In this document: positions 11,969 through 25,739 of the stretch, one piece after another
Layout: every line of letters starts with the position of its first letter
Position numbering within the stretch: position 1 is the stretch's first letter
Assembly (NCBI RefSeq): GCF_963921235.1
Contig: NC_086107.1
Location: 112,284,001-112,348,000, forward strand
Length of the DNA stretch: 64,000 nucleotides
Direction of reading: 5' to 3'
Origin: Mobula hypostoma
Taxonomy: Eukaryota
Notes under the pieces: model-generated
Database searches by the model: none
Told to the model about the DNA's origin: nothing
What the model saw: only the letters and a program-made list of their open reading frames with translations
Translations under genes and position numbers: made by a program

Positions 11969-12221
11969 TACGACTCTTGTTCCCAAAATGGTCCTTGTTC
12001 AAATTCATAGATGGATCACCTTGTTCTCATAATATCAATGTTTAAAATCAAGAATGGTTCATTTTTCCTTGTAACCTTTAGGTAATTCCTTTCTTTATCC
12101 ATTTCTATTCATAAATAACCGTGGGTTGCAGCCTCAGTAGATCTGGTCTAGGTTATTAACAGGGGAGTATCCTTTGGAATGGAAACACCAATGACCGTGA
12201 ATGGAAAAGTACAAAAAGTGA

Positions 12222-12893
12222 TATAGAACATAGAACATAGAATAGTACAGCACATTACAGGCCCCTCAGCCCACAATGTTGTGCTGACCCTCAGACCCTG
12301 CCTCCCATATAACCCCCCACCTTAAATTCCTCCATATACCTGTCCAGTAGTCTCTTAAACTTCACTAGTGTATCTGCCTCCACCACTGTCTCAGGCAGTG
12401 CATTCCACACACCAACCACTCTCTGAGTAAAAAACCTTCCTCTAATATCCCCCTTGAACTTCCCACCCCTTATCTTAAGGCCATGTCCTCTTGTTTGAGC
12501 AGCGGTGCCCTGGGGAAGAGGCACTGGCTATCCACTCTATCTATTCCTCTTAATATCTTGTACACCTCTATCATGTCTCCTCTCATGCTCCTTCTCTCCA
12601 AAGAGTAAAGCCCTAGCTCCCTTAATCTCTGATCATAATGCATACTCTCTAAACCAGGCAGCAACCTGGTAAATCTCCTCTGTACCCTTTCCAATGCTTC
12701 CACATCCTTCCTATAGTGAGGCGACCAGAAATGGACACAGCACTCCAAGTGTGGCCTAACCAGAGTTTTATAGAGCTGCATCATTACATCGCAAATCTTA
12801 AACTCTATCCCTCGACTTATGAAAGCTAACACCCCATAAGCTTTCTTAACTACCCTATCTACCTGTGAGGCAACTTTCAGGGATCTGTGGACA
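12222..12893 (-). mobile_element. Young CR1-type LINE 3' fragment
   Basis: YKTLVRPHLECCVHFWSPHYRKDVEALERVQRRFT; (TTCTATG)n tail; very similar to 49680-50352. Confidence 0.92.
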
Positions 12894-13395
12894 TGTCCCT
12901 CACGGGTAAAGCCCTCCCCAACACTGAGTACATTTACAAGGAGCCTTGTCGCAGGAAAGCAGCATCCATCATCAGAGATCCCCACCACCCAGCCCATGCT
13001 CTCTTCTCGCTGCTGCCATCAGGTAGAAGGTACAGGAGCCTCAGGACTCACTTCACCAGGTTCAGGAACAATTACTACCCCTCAACCATCAGGCTCTTGA
13101 ACAAAGGGGATAACTACACTTCCTTGCCCAGCTATTGAGATGTTCCTACAACCAATAATCTCACTTTAAGGGTTCTTTATCTCATTATCTCATGTCTCAT
13201 TATTTATTGCTATTTATTTATAATTGTGTTTGCACAGTGTGTTGCCTTCTGCACTCTGGTTGATCTTTCATTGATCCTGTTATAGTTACTATTCCATAGA
13301 TTTGCTGAGTATGCCTACAGGAAAATGAATCTCAGGGTTGTATATGGTGACATTTATGTACCTTAATCATAAAATTTACTTTGAACTTTGAACTC
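12885..13395 (+). mobile_element. Rex1/Babar LINE 3' fragment
   Basis: RKAASIIRDPHHPAHALFSLLPSGRRYRSLRTHFTRFRNNYYPSTIRLLN; (ACTTTGA)n tail. Confidence 0.88.
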
Positions 13396-14691
13396 TGAAA
13401 TTGCCTTTGGTGCGTAAGTGAGCCTGTGGGGAATTCGGGGAATAAAATATGGTTTGTATTAACGGTTGTTTAACGTGTTGCGTAAAGACATTAGGCTGAG
13501 CAGCCCCTTACTTTGTTGTATGAGTCTCTGATTCTCTCCTGGGGGATTATTTTTGACCTGATTATCCATCCAGATTGGACATTGTTATGAAATTAATATC
13601 AAATTGCTGCTGTTAGATTAGATGAAAATAAGGCTTTGATGTCGCTAATCGGTGGAAATATATTGTAATGTATATCCCAACTGCAAAGACCCTATTTAAG
13701 CCTCTGAAACAGATAGATTGGGAGGGGAGTCTTGATTTAAGAACATTGAGTGCAGTGTCTTGACAAAGGCTTGGCCGCTTTAAAGCAAAATGAGGAAGAT
13801 TGTGTTCTCTGAGGCAGTTGTGGGTCTCTGCAGTCCTCAGTCCAGGAGAGCTGCAGTCATTGAGAATGCTGAAGGATGAGGTGGGTTTTCAGGGCAATCA
13901 ATTTGAGAGAAGATAAGATCAGCTATGACCTTACTGGACGGCGTAGCCGGCTCACGAGGGGCCGGATCGACTCCTGTTACATAACATTCCGATGCCAGTG
14001 GGGCCCGTGGTTCAGGAAGCGTTTCCCCTTTAAGGGTTGGAGCACTGCTTTAGCATTCTGGAGGCGTAGTCACTGCGGTAGACCCTGCACGGTGACTGCA
14101 TTGAGGCTGTCAGATTGAGATTCAAATCCACCAGAAGGCCTTTGCTGGGGAAATTTAATTTGGATAAGCAAGCACTATGCAGCCGGTGGGCTCACTGTGG
14201 CCAGTCTTTACCCCCTCACCCACTGCACCGGCCTCATTCCTCTAAATGTAACAGAGCTGCGAGCCGTCCTGTCACCGAGGCTAGAGCTGGCCTGGACGAC
14301 AGCTGGGAAACATGAAAAATAAGCAAAGCAATATGCTTCCCACAGCCCGAGAGGTTAGGGGTAATGGGAAAGGGAATTCTAGAGCTCGTAGTGAGAGCCC
14401 GTACAGAGAGGGTGAATAAGGCGTAGGAAGACGGTGTGTGTGTTTGTGCGCGACCCTATTACAGCTCGGGGCACCAGATTTCAGGGTTCAATCCCCACGC
14501 CCGCTGTCGGGGTCCTCCCTGTGGAATGCACGACGTTTCTCCAGGTGCCCTGGTTTCCTCCCACGGTACAAAGCGTGTTGATTAGTCGGTTAATTGGTCA
14601 TTGGTTAATTGGTTAGGTTAGGGTTAATTGGAAGGGGGGGCGGTTTGTCAGAGCCAGAAGGGCCTATTCCACATTGTATCTCTGAATGAAT

Positions 14692-14693
<2 letters not shown>

Positions 14694-14761
<68 letters not shown>

Positions 14762-14765
14762 GTGT

Positions 14766-14816
<51 letters not shown>

Positions 14817-15230
14817 CGAGAGAGGGAATGGGAGAGAGAATGAGAGAGTGAGAGAGGGAATGAGGGAGAGAATGAGAGAGTGAGAGAGGGAATGAGGGAG
14901 AGAATGAGAGAGTGAGAGAGGGAATGAGGGAGAGAATGAGAGAGAGTGAGAGAGGGAATGGGAGAGAATGAGAGAGAGTGAGAGGGAATGGGGAGAGAAT
15001 GAGAGAGAGTGAGAGAGGGAATGGGGAGAGAATGAGAGAGAGAGAGAGAGGGAATGGGGAGAGAATGAGAGAGTGAGAGAGGGAATGAGAGAGAGTGAGA
15101 GAGGGAATGAGAGAGAGAATGAGAGAGTGAGAGAGGGAATGGGGAGAGAATGAGAGAGAGTGAGAGAGGGAATGGGGAGAGAATGAGAGAGTGAGAGAGG
15201 GAATGGGAGAGAGAATGAGAGAGAGGAAGG
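14694..15230. repeat. (GT)n microsatellite followed by a GA-rich minisatellite
   Basis: Directly visible; unit roughly GAGAGAGTGAGAGAGGGAATGGGGAGAGAAT. Confidence 0.95.
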
Positions 15231-15244
15231 AAAATGACCGTTGG

Positions 15245-15575
15245 ACAAAAAGCTGGTCGAGCAGTACAGAGACAGGGCGGCAAGCACATAGAGGTGGGGT
15301 GTAGACGTTTTGCAGGCTGCCCACTCTGCAGCATCTACCCTGTCTTGGCATTACAAGGGGATGCAAAGAGAAAAGCCATCAGGTTGGGCTGCTGAGCGAG
15401 TCTCCAGATGGCTCTGGATCAGGAGGTGTGACCCGTGGACCAATGCTTCTGGGACACAAGCCGGGGCCTGATCTACCCTGGCTGGGTCACCTGGGTGAGG
15501 GTGTCTGATGTTGAAAGACCGGGAATACCCGATGACCCCAGGCTGCATCACAGCCGATGTGTCCCGGCGCGTCCT
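15245..15575 (+). mobile_element. HERO-clade (restriction-like endonuclease) non-LTR retrotransposon 3' remnant
   Basis: Frameshifted translation IEVGCRRFAGCPLC...AKRKAIR / AAERVSRWLWIRRCDPWTNASGTQAGA*, followed by a 3' UTR. Confidence 0.75.
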
Positions 15576-16059
15576 ACAATGTATCTCAGCATCATAACAT
15601 ATAGGAGCAGAATTAGACCATTTGGCCCATCAAATCTGCGCTGGTAATCATGGCTGACAGTTTACCAATGGGAAAGAAAGCAAAAGAGGGATGGAGAAAA
15701 AGAGAGAGAATATGAGTCAGAGAAAAAGAATGAGGGGAGGGCGAGGAAACGTGGGATGTAAGAGAGAAGGGATTGGTAGCAGGAGGTAGTGGGAGAGACA
15801 CAGCGAGACAGACACCAACTTATGGAGGCCGCACTATACAGTGATTGGGAGTTGCTAAACAGGACTATGCACAACCACTGTAGGACACAAGAAATGGTAT
15901 GTCAGAGATCTTTGGGAGAGGGTGTGAGTCTTGGGTCTGACTGCATCAGAAGAGAATTGGCCAGTGTAGGGAAGGAAGCTCAGGCAAACCCAGAGAAGCA
16001 ACGGGTAGAGGAAGGCCATAAGACATAGCAGAGTTAGGCCATTTGGCCCATTCAGTCTA

Positions 16060-16365
16060 TCCACAACTCCAACATCTTCCCAAACATTAAAGTCAGGCTA
16101 ACTGGCCTAAGATTTCCTTTCTTCTGCCTCCCTCCTTTCTTAAAGAGCAGAGTGACATTTGCAATTTTCCAGTCCTCCAGAACCGTTCCAGAATCTAGTG
16201 ATTGTCGAACGATCATTACTAATGACTCCACCATCTCTTCAGCTACCTCTTTTAGAAGCCTGGTCCACCTGGTCCAAGTGACATATCTATCTTCAGACCT
16301 TTCAGTTTCCCAAGCACCTTCTCCTGAGGAATAGCAATTACACTCACTTCTGCCTCCTGACACTC
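16060..16365 (-). mobile_element. CR1-type LINE internal (pre-RT) fragment
   Basis: LLKEVAEEMVESLVMIVRQSLDSGTVLEDWKIANVTLLFKKGGRQKKGNLRPVSLT. Confidence 0.85.
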
Positions 16366-16969
16366 TTGATAAGTTTATCTGGATGAGACCGAGGTTGTAG
16401 AGTTATTGCACAATGGAACAGCCTTAGGAAGCAAAGTGTGGAAACTATGCGAGAGAGGGAGAGGCCAACAGCAAGGTAAATTTTCAGGTATAGCTTATCA
16501 CATCCTCTGGTCTCTGGAAGGAGCTGCCTTGGACCTTGAACCGATCAGAAGCTGGCAACTTGGACTTGATTGTTGAATCTAAAGGGAGAAGAGCTTTGGG
16601 CCTGATCTCACCTCAGTTTCTCAGTTCTGGCAGACACAACTCTGGATTTTTCTTTACACAGCTTCCTCCCTCCAAGTTGTCCTGCCCCACACTCCCACCA
16701 TTGGACAGCTAACATTTTGATCATTTTGCCACTTGCCTTTCTACGTCCAATCATAAAGCAAACAAACTCTGCATTATCACAATTGGACAACTCTTAATTT
16801 TCAAACGACCTTCTATTTTTTAACACACTCAAATAATCAAGAGAAATTATGATTTTTTTTCTTTATGCTTTTACTCCGAGATGCCATCTGCAGAGTTATT
16901 CGTGGATTTTATTTCTTCTCATTTTACAGGGCATTACCAGAAGCTCCTATCATTAAAAAAAACACCTCA

Positions 16970-17820
16970 GAAAGGTGAAGAGATGAGTAGGAAAGAGAAG
17001 TGGTAAAAGGATAATGGAGAAAGGGAGTGTGAGAGTAATCAAGGAAGAGGGAGATAAAAGACGTTAATGTGAAAAGGAGAAAGGAGATATATATATGTGT
17101 AGCGAGATATAGAGATAGAAGGGGAGAGAGAGAGGAGGGGGGCATGGAAAAATGAGAGATTTGACCAAATTGAAGAGAGAGGAAAAGAGACAAAAAAATG
17201 AATGAGAAAGGGTGAAGAAAGGGGGGGATGAAAGGAGTGAGTGGAATGAGAAAAAGATAGAGACGGAGAGATAAATGAAAGGTGATGGGAAGAATGCATG
17301 AGAGAGAGGATGATAGGGTAAAGGAAAGATGGAAAATGCAAAGGGAACTACAGTGGGTACAAAGGAATGAGAGAGAGAGATAGAATGAGAAATTTGACCA
17401 AACTGAAGAGAAAGGAATGAGACACAGAAGAAAAAAGAGTGTAACAGAGAATCAAATGGGTGGGGGAGAGGATGAATGGAGTGAGTGAGAATGATAGAGA
17501 GAGGGAAAGATAAATGGAGGGAGCTGGAGAGTAAAGGGAAGATACGGAGAAAATGCAAGCGGAATGGGATACAAAGGAATGAAAGAGAGTGACAGAGCAT
17601 GGAGAAAGATAAAATGAAAGATTTGACCAAACTGAAGAGAGAGGATTAGGGAGAATGAAAGAGAAAGGGAAGAGAGGAAGTGAATGGAGCGAGTGGGAAT
17701 GAGAAAGAGGGAGATGGTGAGAATGCATGAGAGAGAGAAGATGATAAGGGAAAGGTAGAGAGAAAATGCAAAGGGATGGGGAAAGCAAGGAATGAGAGAG
17801 AGAAAAAAAGAGAGATAGAA
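16970..17820. repeat. Polypurine (GA-rich) tract with degenerate ~230-bp periodicity
   Basis: Anchor ATTTGACCAAA[T/C]TGAAGAGA recurs near 17159, 17392 and 17621. Confidence 0.8.
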
Positions 17821-18494
17821 AGCTTTCCCTGAAGTGTTGTCATGTGACGCATTGATTGGAAGTATGATCATCGACAGGCCTCAATTCACAGTACACAAAC
17901 GTTATATTTAATTCAATGCTTCAGTCCAATAACTTCTTCATGAATTAGTCATAGTGCGGACTGAGGAGCAGCAGTACACTTTTAGATAGGCCGTTGTGAA
18001 TTGCATAATCCTCACCTGACCGTACTTACTCCAACACTTTTGGCCTTTCTGTTTGGCTTGAAGCAAAGCCAAGATCATTCCACCTCTCGTCTGCCATCTC
18101 CTCCTAATCCTGGAGTTCCTGATTCATCTCAGGAAATAACCCAATGGGGCAAAGACTTAGATAATTTACTATGGGGTATTCCATTGACCAATTATACAAC
18201 AGGCTCCTCAGATGGGGATAGGGTCATCAAGTTCAAGTTCAAGGTTAATTGCCGTTCAACCATACATGAATTCCCATGATAAAACAGCATTACTCCGGGA
18301 CCAAGATGCAAAACACAGTACCAACAGCACAAGGCACACATAGCACACGTTGAATAAGATAGCAGTAAGCCTACAGTCACACGCAAAAAGTGTAATACTG
18401 CCCAGGTTCCTGACTCCATGAATGTTGCCGGCAAGAGCAAGCCCACGGCAGTCTGTGGACAAACACACTCCAGCCTGTCTTCCACTGAGCAAAC

Positions 18495-19290
18495 AACAGA
18501 GTGACATTTGCATTTTCCAGTCCTCAGGAACCATTCCAGAACCTAGTGATTCTCGAAAGATCCTTACTAATGCCTCCACAATCCCTTCAGCCACCTCTTT
18601 CAGAACCCTGGAGTGTAGTCCATCTGGTCCAGGTGACTTACCTACCTTCTGACCTCTCAGCTTCCCAAGCGCCTTCTCCATGGTAATAGCAATGATGGTC
18701 ACGGCCCCCAACACCTTTGCATCTCTGGGATACTGCTAGTGTATTCTACAGTGAAGACAGATGCAAAATACTTATCCAGTTCATCTGCCATTTCTTTCTC
18801 CCCCGCCCCTACTACCTCTCCAGCATCATTTTCCAGCAGTTCAATATCCACTCTCGTCTCTCTTTTACTCTTTATACAGCTGAAAAAACCTTTTTGTATC
18901 CTATTTTATATTATTAGCTAGCTTGCCTTCATATTTCATCTTTTCCATCTTTATGGCTTTTTCTTTGCCTTCTGTCGGTTTTTAAAAGCTTCCCAATTCT
19001 CTACCCTCCCACTTATTTTTACTCTGTTATTAGCTTATATGCTCTCTTTGTCTTCCATTGTCAGCCATGGTTCCCTCATCCTCAATTTAGAATACTTCTT
19101 CAGTTTTGGGATGTATCTATCCAGTGACTTCCAATCTCCTCCTAGAAGCACCAGCCAATGCTGCTCTGCCATCATCTCTGCTAGTGTCCCCTTCCAATGA
19201 ACTACGGCCAGCTCCTCTCTCATGCCTCTGTCCAATTTTAGCTTCTCCTTCTCAAACTGCAGGGTGGATTCTATCGTATTATGATCACTG
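18495..19290 (-). mobile_element. CR1-type LINE internal fragment (decayed)
   Basis: KSPGPDGLHSRVLKEVAEGIVEALVRIFRESLGSGMVPEDWK; upstream MREELAVVHWKGTL...PWLT. Confidence 0.85.
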
Positions 19291-20284
19291 CAAAGGAGAA
19301 CGTCACTTGTAGAGGTGAGTAAGATGACGAGGCATTGGTAGAGTGAACAGCCTACACCTTTATCCCACGGCGAGGGGGTATAACCTTAAGGTGATTGGAG
19401 GAAAGTATAGAGGATGTCTGAGGTAGTTTTGTTTTGCACAGAAAGTTGTCAGTGTGTGGAACACATTGCTGGGGGTGGTGGTAGAGACAGATATATTTGG
19501 GACATTTAAGAAACTCTTAGATAGAAAATGGAAGGTTATGTAGAAGGGAAGGGTTAGATTGATCTTGAAGGTGGTTAGAGGGTCAGCACACCATCATTGC
19601 CGAAGGGTTTCTACTGTGCTGTACTGTTCTGTGTCTTATGTTCTATTTCTGTCATGTCCTCCTCTCCCTGAAGAAGCTCTTCCCACAGTGCTGGGGTCAC
19701 TTATCTTCACCATGTCCATCTTCCTCAACCTGCCACACCAGGACCATGGATGTCAACGTGCTGATCCTCCCCCGAACTGATCCAGGGCACAGGGATTTCC
19801 CAAGCAGCTGCAGTCACCTCCAGAATGGAATTCCACTGCCCAAAAACTACCTTCAGACTCAAGGATGGTAGGAGGAATATGCAGCCCTTGAAATACTGAT
19901 GCCTGTTCATTGTCAGTTAGTTATGAGCGCGACGAGGCTCCTCAATGTCTAACTGTGTACTCAATGCCAGTGGAGTATTTGATGGAACTGCGCTTTGCTC
20001 TGTATCCAACCTCTGCTGCAGCTCTCCAGGGAGAGTGTCACAGAACATTACCTACCTAATAGTGAAAGGCCTGGATAGAGTGGATGAGGATTCCAATAGT
20101 GAGAGAGTCCAGTAACAGAGGGCACAACCTCAGAATAGAAGGAAGTCCCTTTATAGAACAGAGATGAGGAGGAATTTTTTTAGCCAGAGGGTGCTGAATC
20201 TGTGGAATTCATTGTCACAAATAGCTCTGGAGGCCAAGTCACTGGGTGCATTTAAATCAGAGGTTGATAGGTTCTTGATTTGTT

Positions 20285-20630
20285 TCTTCATTCGTTATGC
20301 GCCGCATCATATGACATCATCATTATGCGCCGTGTCGAATGGCATGGGTGATCATGGTCTTTCCATGACCATGATTGTTCTTGGCAAATTTTTCTGCAGA
20401 AGTGGCTTGCCATTCCCTTCTTCTTGGCAAGCTGGGTGACAATACTCTTCAGCGATTGTCTGCCTGGCATCAGCGGTCACATCACCAGGACTTGTGATAT
20501 GCACCATCCGCTCATACGACCGTCCACCAGCTGCTCCCATGGCTTCACCTGACCTTGCCCAAGGGGGCTCTGCAGGCGAGCGGAGGGAAGGAGCACCTCA
20601 CCTCCTTTGGTAGAGGTGCATCTCCACCCA
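20285..20630 (-). mobile_element. RTE-related SINE / non-autonomous element
   Basis: GAAGAAGGGAATGGCAAGCCACTTCTGCAGAAAAATTTGCCAAGAACAATCATGG resembles the RTE/BovB-family terminal motif. Confidence 0.65.
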
Positions 20631-21808
20631 GCTACACATACTGTACGTACAGATCAAGTCATTACAGAGAGGATTCAGCTAGAATAACAAAGCAGAATAA
20701 AGTGTAAAACCTGCCAGACAAGTGCAGTGCAGGTGAACAATATCGTCCTGCTTGATATGATGGCTGTCACAGGACTCCAGTAACTTTACACTTCAGCCCA
20801 TCGTGCCCATCACCACCAACCTCGGCTACCTCCCAGTCCTGATTCAGTTCCATTTGAGAGGTGTTACCAGCTATCAGCACCCATAAGATATAGGAGCAGA
20901 ATTAAGCCATTTGGCCCATTGATTCTGCACCCATTCAGACCCTGCTGTTGTTATTTATTGATTTATTGATTGAGGTAGAGTGAAGAATAGGCCCTTCCAG
21001 CCCTTCAAACAGTGCTGCCCAACAGCCTCCGATGTAATCCTAGCCCAATCACGGGACAATTGACAATGAGCAAGTAACCTACCAGCCAGTACGTCTTTGG
21101 ACTGTGGGAGGAAACTGGATCTTCTTATATACACTGGTTGATTGTTAGTCTTTGCTTACGTACAGTTTTTTGTAAATCCCATTCCAATTCTTTTTTCCAT
21201 GTAAACACCGGCAAGAAAATTAACTTCAAGGAAGTATATGGTACCTACTTTGATATTGAATTTATTTTGAACTTTGAACTTTAGAAGTGAGAGCCACACC
21301 CAAGCCACTCTGGTGACTTGTATCGGCGGCCATGTTAGATGTTGCAAAGCCGCAGTGGGAGGTGACGACTGGCTCTCTTTGCTCACATGATGACACAAGG
21401 CTAACCGGGTTCTTGCCATGTAACCAGTGCTCAATAAAGGAACCTTGGGGCTTGCTTTTATGAATCAATAAGAATGAAGTTTCTTCACTGCCAATTAATT
21501 TTTAAGTAATTTTTTTGTGAGAGTTTGACAGAATAAATTCATATGGTTTTGGTTTTAAACTAAAGGAATGACTGCGCCCTGGAGGACTTTAAACATTTGC
21601 CAAGGTCTGAAAGATTTGTTTCACTTTGCATTGATTTGTGAATGATGTATGAACTTAAGTGACCTTTAAGACCAGATGTTGCTAAATACTGGTGACTCAT
21701 AGTGAAGTCTTTCTAAAGTACACACAGTGGCCACTTTATTAGGTACACCCACACACCTGCTCGTTAATTCAGATATCTAATCAGCCAATCACATGGCAGC
21801 AACTCAAT

Positions 21809-23058
21809 ACTGGTTTCTGTTGTAATTTGTTCATGCGCACTTTTATTCTTGACTGCAACTCAGTTGCATTTCTGTCTAGTGTTTCAATTGACACAGCTAT
21901 TTCCACTGCTTTTTTAAAGTAAGTTGTGATTCAGTTAGAAGTCATTTTTGAAAGTTTTCTTGTAAGTTTCCACAAACTAAATGATCTCCCAGTGCATCTC
22001 TAAGCCTGAAACTGAATTCTCATTGCTCAGACAACTTCTTCAATTCAGTCATGTACACTGAAGTGGACTCCTTTTCCTTTTAATTCTGTTTATGAAACCT
22101 AAAGTGTTCTGCAATCAAGAATCAACAAGAAACATTTTTAAATGTTCCTGCATTACTTTCATGCTGTCAGCAAAGCTCATTGTGGATGTTTTGGTTGAAG
22201 CAGTTAAACTTCTAAACACTCTGTATGCCTATAAACCCAATGCACGCAGAAAAACTGGCACTAATTTCTCATTTAAAAATGCAAACACAAGGAAAACTGC
22301 AGATGCTGGAATTTCAGGCAACACACATAAAAGTTGCTGGTGAATGCAGCAGGCCAGGCAGCATCTCTAGGATGAGGTACAGTCGACGTATCAGGCTGAG
22401 ACTCTTCGTCAGGACTAACTGAAAGAAGAGCTAGTAAGAGATTTGAAAGTGGGACCTCTTGCCCATCCTCTGGGCTTCCCCCCCATTTCACTTGCTTTAA
22501 AATATTGTTCAAAATGCTCAGTATACAATATCCAGTTGTCTCATATGCAATCGAACATGTCCAACTTTCCAATGTAGCCAGTCATTTCAGCTTTTTTTAA
22601 ATTTATGATTACTCCCACCCAGTACTCATTGTTTATGAACCCATGGATTTGTCCAATTTTTGTCTTTTTTAACTCAAACATCTCATCCTGTCCGAAGAAC
22701 ATGTGCTGTGATTTTTTTTAACTCAAAAGTCTTGTTGCACTTTTTTTTAACTCAAACATCTCACTATGCTTCAACAGGTTGGTAGTCATCTTGGGTTCAT
22801 TTAAAGCTTCCTTGTCACCACTGTTATGTAACTACAAACCATAAAACTAATTGAAATAAAAACACACAACCATGAATAACATGACTAACTTCATTTTTAC
22901 TTTAAGCACAGCACGCACTTATGATGTGGTGGCATGATGACGTATGCCATTCACATAGTTCTACATATAACATAATGAATTATTCAAATCAACAAGAATG
23001 CTTAATCAAACAATTTACAATATTACTCAAATATTACTGAAATATTAAAAACACAACA
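21809..23058 (-). mobile_element. Decayed Gypsy (Mag-like) LTR retrotransposon: 5' LTR, PBS and gag
   Basis: LTR TGTT...AACA at 22822-23058; PBS-like TGGTGACAAGG next to it; gag from ATG at 22585: MTGYIGKLDMFDCI*DNWILYTEHFEQYFKA...LIAEHFRFHKQN*KEKES...ELKKLSE...LRDALGDHLVCG; split by a Penelope fragment at about 22280-22450. Confidence 0.8.
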
Positions 23059-24099
23059 GAAGCTTTAGAGACAGTGTAGAGGAGATCTACCAGGATGCTG
23101 CCTGGATTAGAGAGCATATCTTATGAGGAAAGGTTGAGCGAGTCAGGAATTTTCTCTTTGGAGTGAAGGAGGATGGGAGGTTGCTTGATAGAGGTGTATA
23201 AGATAATGCGGGGCATAGATTAGACAACCAGTGCTTTTCTCTCAGGGTGACCTTGGTTAACATGAGAAGGCATAATTTCAATGTGATTGGAGGTAACTAT
23301 GGGGGGGGGGATGTCAGAAGTAGGCTTTTTACACAAAGAAAGGTGAGTTCATTTGGTTTTGGAGTAGGTTAAAAGGTCAGTACAACATCTAGACAGAATG
23401 TTCTGTACTGTGCTGTATTCTTCTATGTCCTACCTCATTGTCTAATGTCTCAATGTACATGTATCTGGTCTTTGTGTGTGTATTCTCTTTGTTGTATTTG
23501 TCTGTGTATACATGTAGTCTGTCTGTGTGTCTATATGTTTTCGTGAGTCTGTGTGTGTACATGCATCTGTGTTTGTGTGTATGTGTGGCTGTATACTTTC
23601 TATATTCCCGTGCAAAAGTCTTAGGCACAGGTGGCAGAGGGGTGTCAGGATCAGGGGCAGGGTGTCACAGGTACAGACACACCCAGCCCTGAGACACCAG
23701 GCAAGGTCATTTCATGTCAGATAATTGGCTTACTGATCATTACAGAACATCTCTCTGCTGCTTCCTGCTCCTTCCCCTCTCCCTTTTCCTTTTCCCTACT
23801 AACCCAGCCTCTCCCTGCCCCCTTCCCACTCTCAGTCCACAATAGAAACTCATAATAGAATCAGGTTTATCATCACTCAAATATTCATGAAATTTGCTTT
23901 TTTTTATGGCAGCAGTACACTGCAATACATAAAATTACTACACATCCTAACTATATATACATGCCTAGGACTTTTGCAACATACTGTATGTGTGCGTTTT
24001 GCTGATGCATGTGTCTACTTAGGTTGGAAGGAGAAAACGTACGTGGAGGTCAAGAATAGAGAAATACTTTTGTTCCACTTACTCAATTATATCAAAAAT

Positions 24100-24800
24100 T
24101 CACGTCAGCGGAAAATGAGAAAGTCATGTGAACGAACAGAAAAAAGGCGAAGAGAAACGGTGAAAGGATGAATGGGAAGTGCAGAGTGAAACAGTGGAAA
24201 GGGAAAGAGAAAATAAAATGTAAAATACAAAGAGACAGACTAAAAAATGAGTAACAAAGGGTTGTCAAATAAGGGAATATGATACAAAATAATTACAGAG
24301 AGAAAGATGATGGGCAACGGAGAGACACGTAGACACAGGGAGGCAGATACAGGGAACGGGGGAGAGAGAGAAAGAAGAGAGAGGGGAGAGAGTGAGAGAG
24401 GGTGGATAGGGAGAAGAAAAAGAGAGGGAGACAGAGAGAGAGAAGACTGAAAGGAGAAGAGTGTGATAGAGAGAGAGAACAGAGAAAGAGGGGAAAGGGG
24501 GAGGGGGGGTAGAGAGAAGGGAGGGAAAGAGAGAGAGCGAGATAGACGGGAGAGAGAAAGAGACAAGAGAGAGAGAAGCAAGGAAGCAGAGTGACATAGG
24601 GAGTGAGAGAGAGAATTCTGAAATCAGAAACAATGATTACAGAAATAATTAAATGCTTAACTAAGAGAGAGAGAGATGAAGAGAGTGAATGTAAAAGAAA
24701 ATGAATATGTGGATGAGGGACAGAAAGGGAGGAGCCACACAATAGATGAATGAGAGAGAGAGAGAGAATGTGTGGATGAGTGAGACAGAGGAGAAGAGAG
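24100..24800. repeat. GA-rich low-complexity tract
   Basis: Strong purine bias on the + strand. Confidence 0.85.
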
Positions 24801-24801
24801 A

Positions 24802-25430
24802 ATGTTCACTCTTGACTGTGTGGCCAGATTCTGCTCTGACTCCATCTACAAGTTTGCAGGTGATACCGCTGTAGTGGCCGTATCTCAAATCATGAAGGGT
24901 CGGAGTACTCATTGCATCGTAGAAGGCGTTCTATCGGGATGCATATCAGCTCGGTACAGCGACTGCCCTGCACGTGACCTCAAGACACTGCAGAGAGTTG
25001 TGGCCGCAGTTCAACACATCTTGAAAACCAGCCGCCCCTCCATGGACTCTGTCTATACTTCTCGCTGCCTCAGTAACGCAGCCGGCATAATCAAAGGCCT
25101 CACCCACCCCTTCTCCCCTCTCCCATCAGAAAGAAGATACAAAAGCCTGGAAACTCGTACCACCAGTCTCAAGGGCAATTTCTGCCCCAATGTTATAAGG
25201 CTATTAAATGGATCCCTACTACAATAAAATAGACTCTTGGCCTCCCGATCTACCTCGTTGTGATCTTCCACTTTATTGTTTACCTGCACTGCACTTTCTC
25301 TGTAGCTCTTACACTCTATTCCACATTGATACTGTTTTATCTTGTTCTACCTCAATGATCTGATCTCTACGAATAGTATGCAAGACAAGCCTTTCACTAT
25401 ATCTTGGTCCATGTGATAATGATAAACAAT
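24802..25430 (+). mobile_element. Rex1/Babar LINE fragment with internal deletion
   Basis: DCVARFCSDSIYKFAGDT (RT FADD region) joined directly to CIVEGVLSGCISARY...LPSERRYKSL...IRLLN. Confidence 0.8.
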
Positions 25431-25739
25431 AAATAAGTTTATTTTACAGTATTTAAGCCAATATTAAAATATTTTAAGTTTTATTACACTCATTTTTAGT
25501 AAATGTATTATTTGTATAGTTTTCTATTTCTTTCTCAAAGTCTTGGATACTAGAGATATTTATAAACAACATCGTCAGAGTAGTACGTTAGTGGAGCCTC
25601 ATTTTCCACCGCCTGTAACCTAGTTGTCTGTTTGCAAACAGGGCCAAGATGGCAGGCTAGGTAGTCATTAGCCATCACGCTGACACTAAGGGACCACGAG
25701 GGAGTGAGCGCAGAGGATAGGCTGGATCCAGCGCGCGTA

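Noticed and set aside
11975..12215. Possible L1/Tx1 ORF2 remnant (also 1-320)
   Set aside because: Too decayed to support by eye
12470..12997. 175-aa ORF as a gene
   Set aside because: Chance read-through from antisense Rex sequence into a CR1 fragment
14605..15366. Long ORFs (207-253 aa) in three frames
   Set aside because: Translations of GT/GA simple repeats (S/L/H/T-rich)
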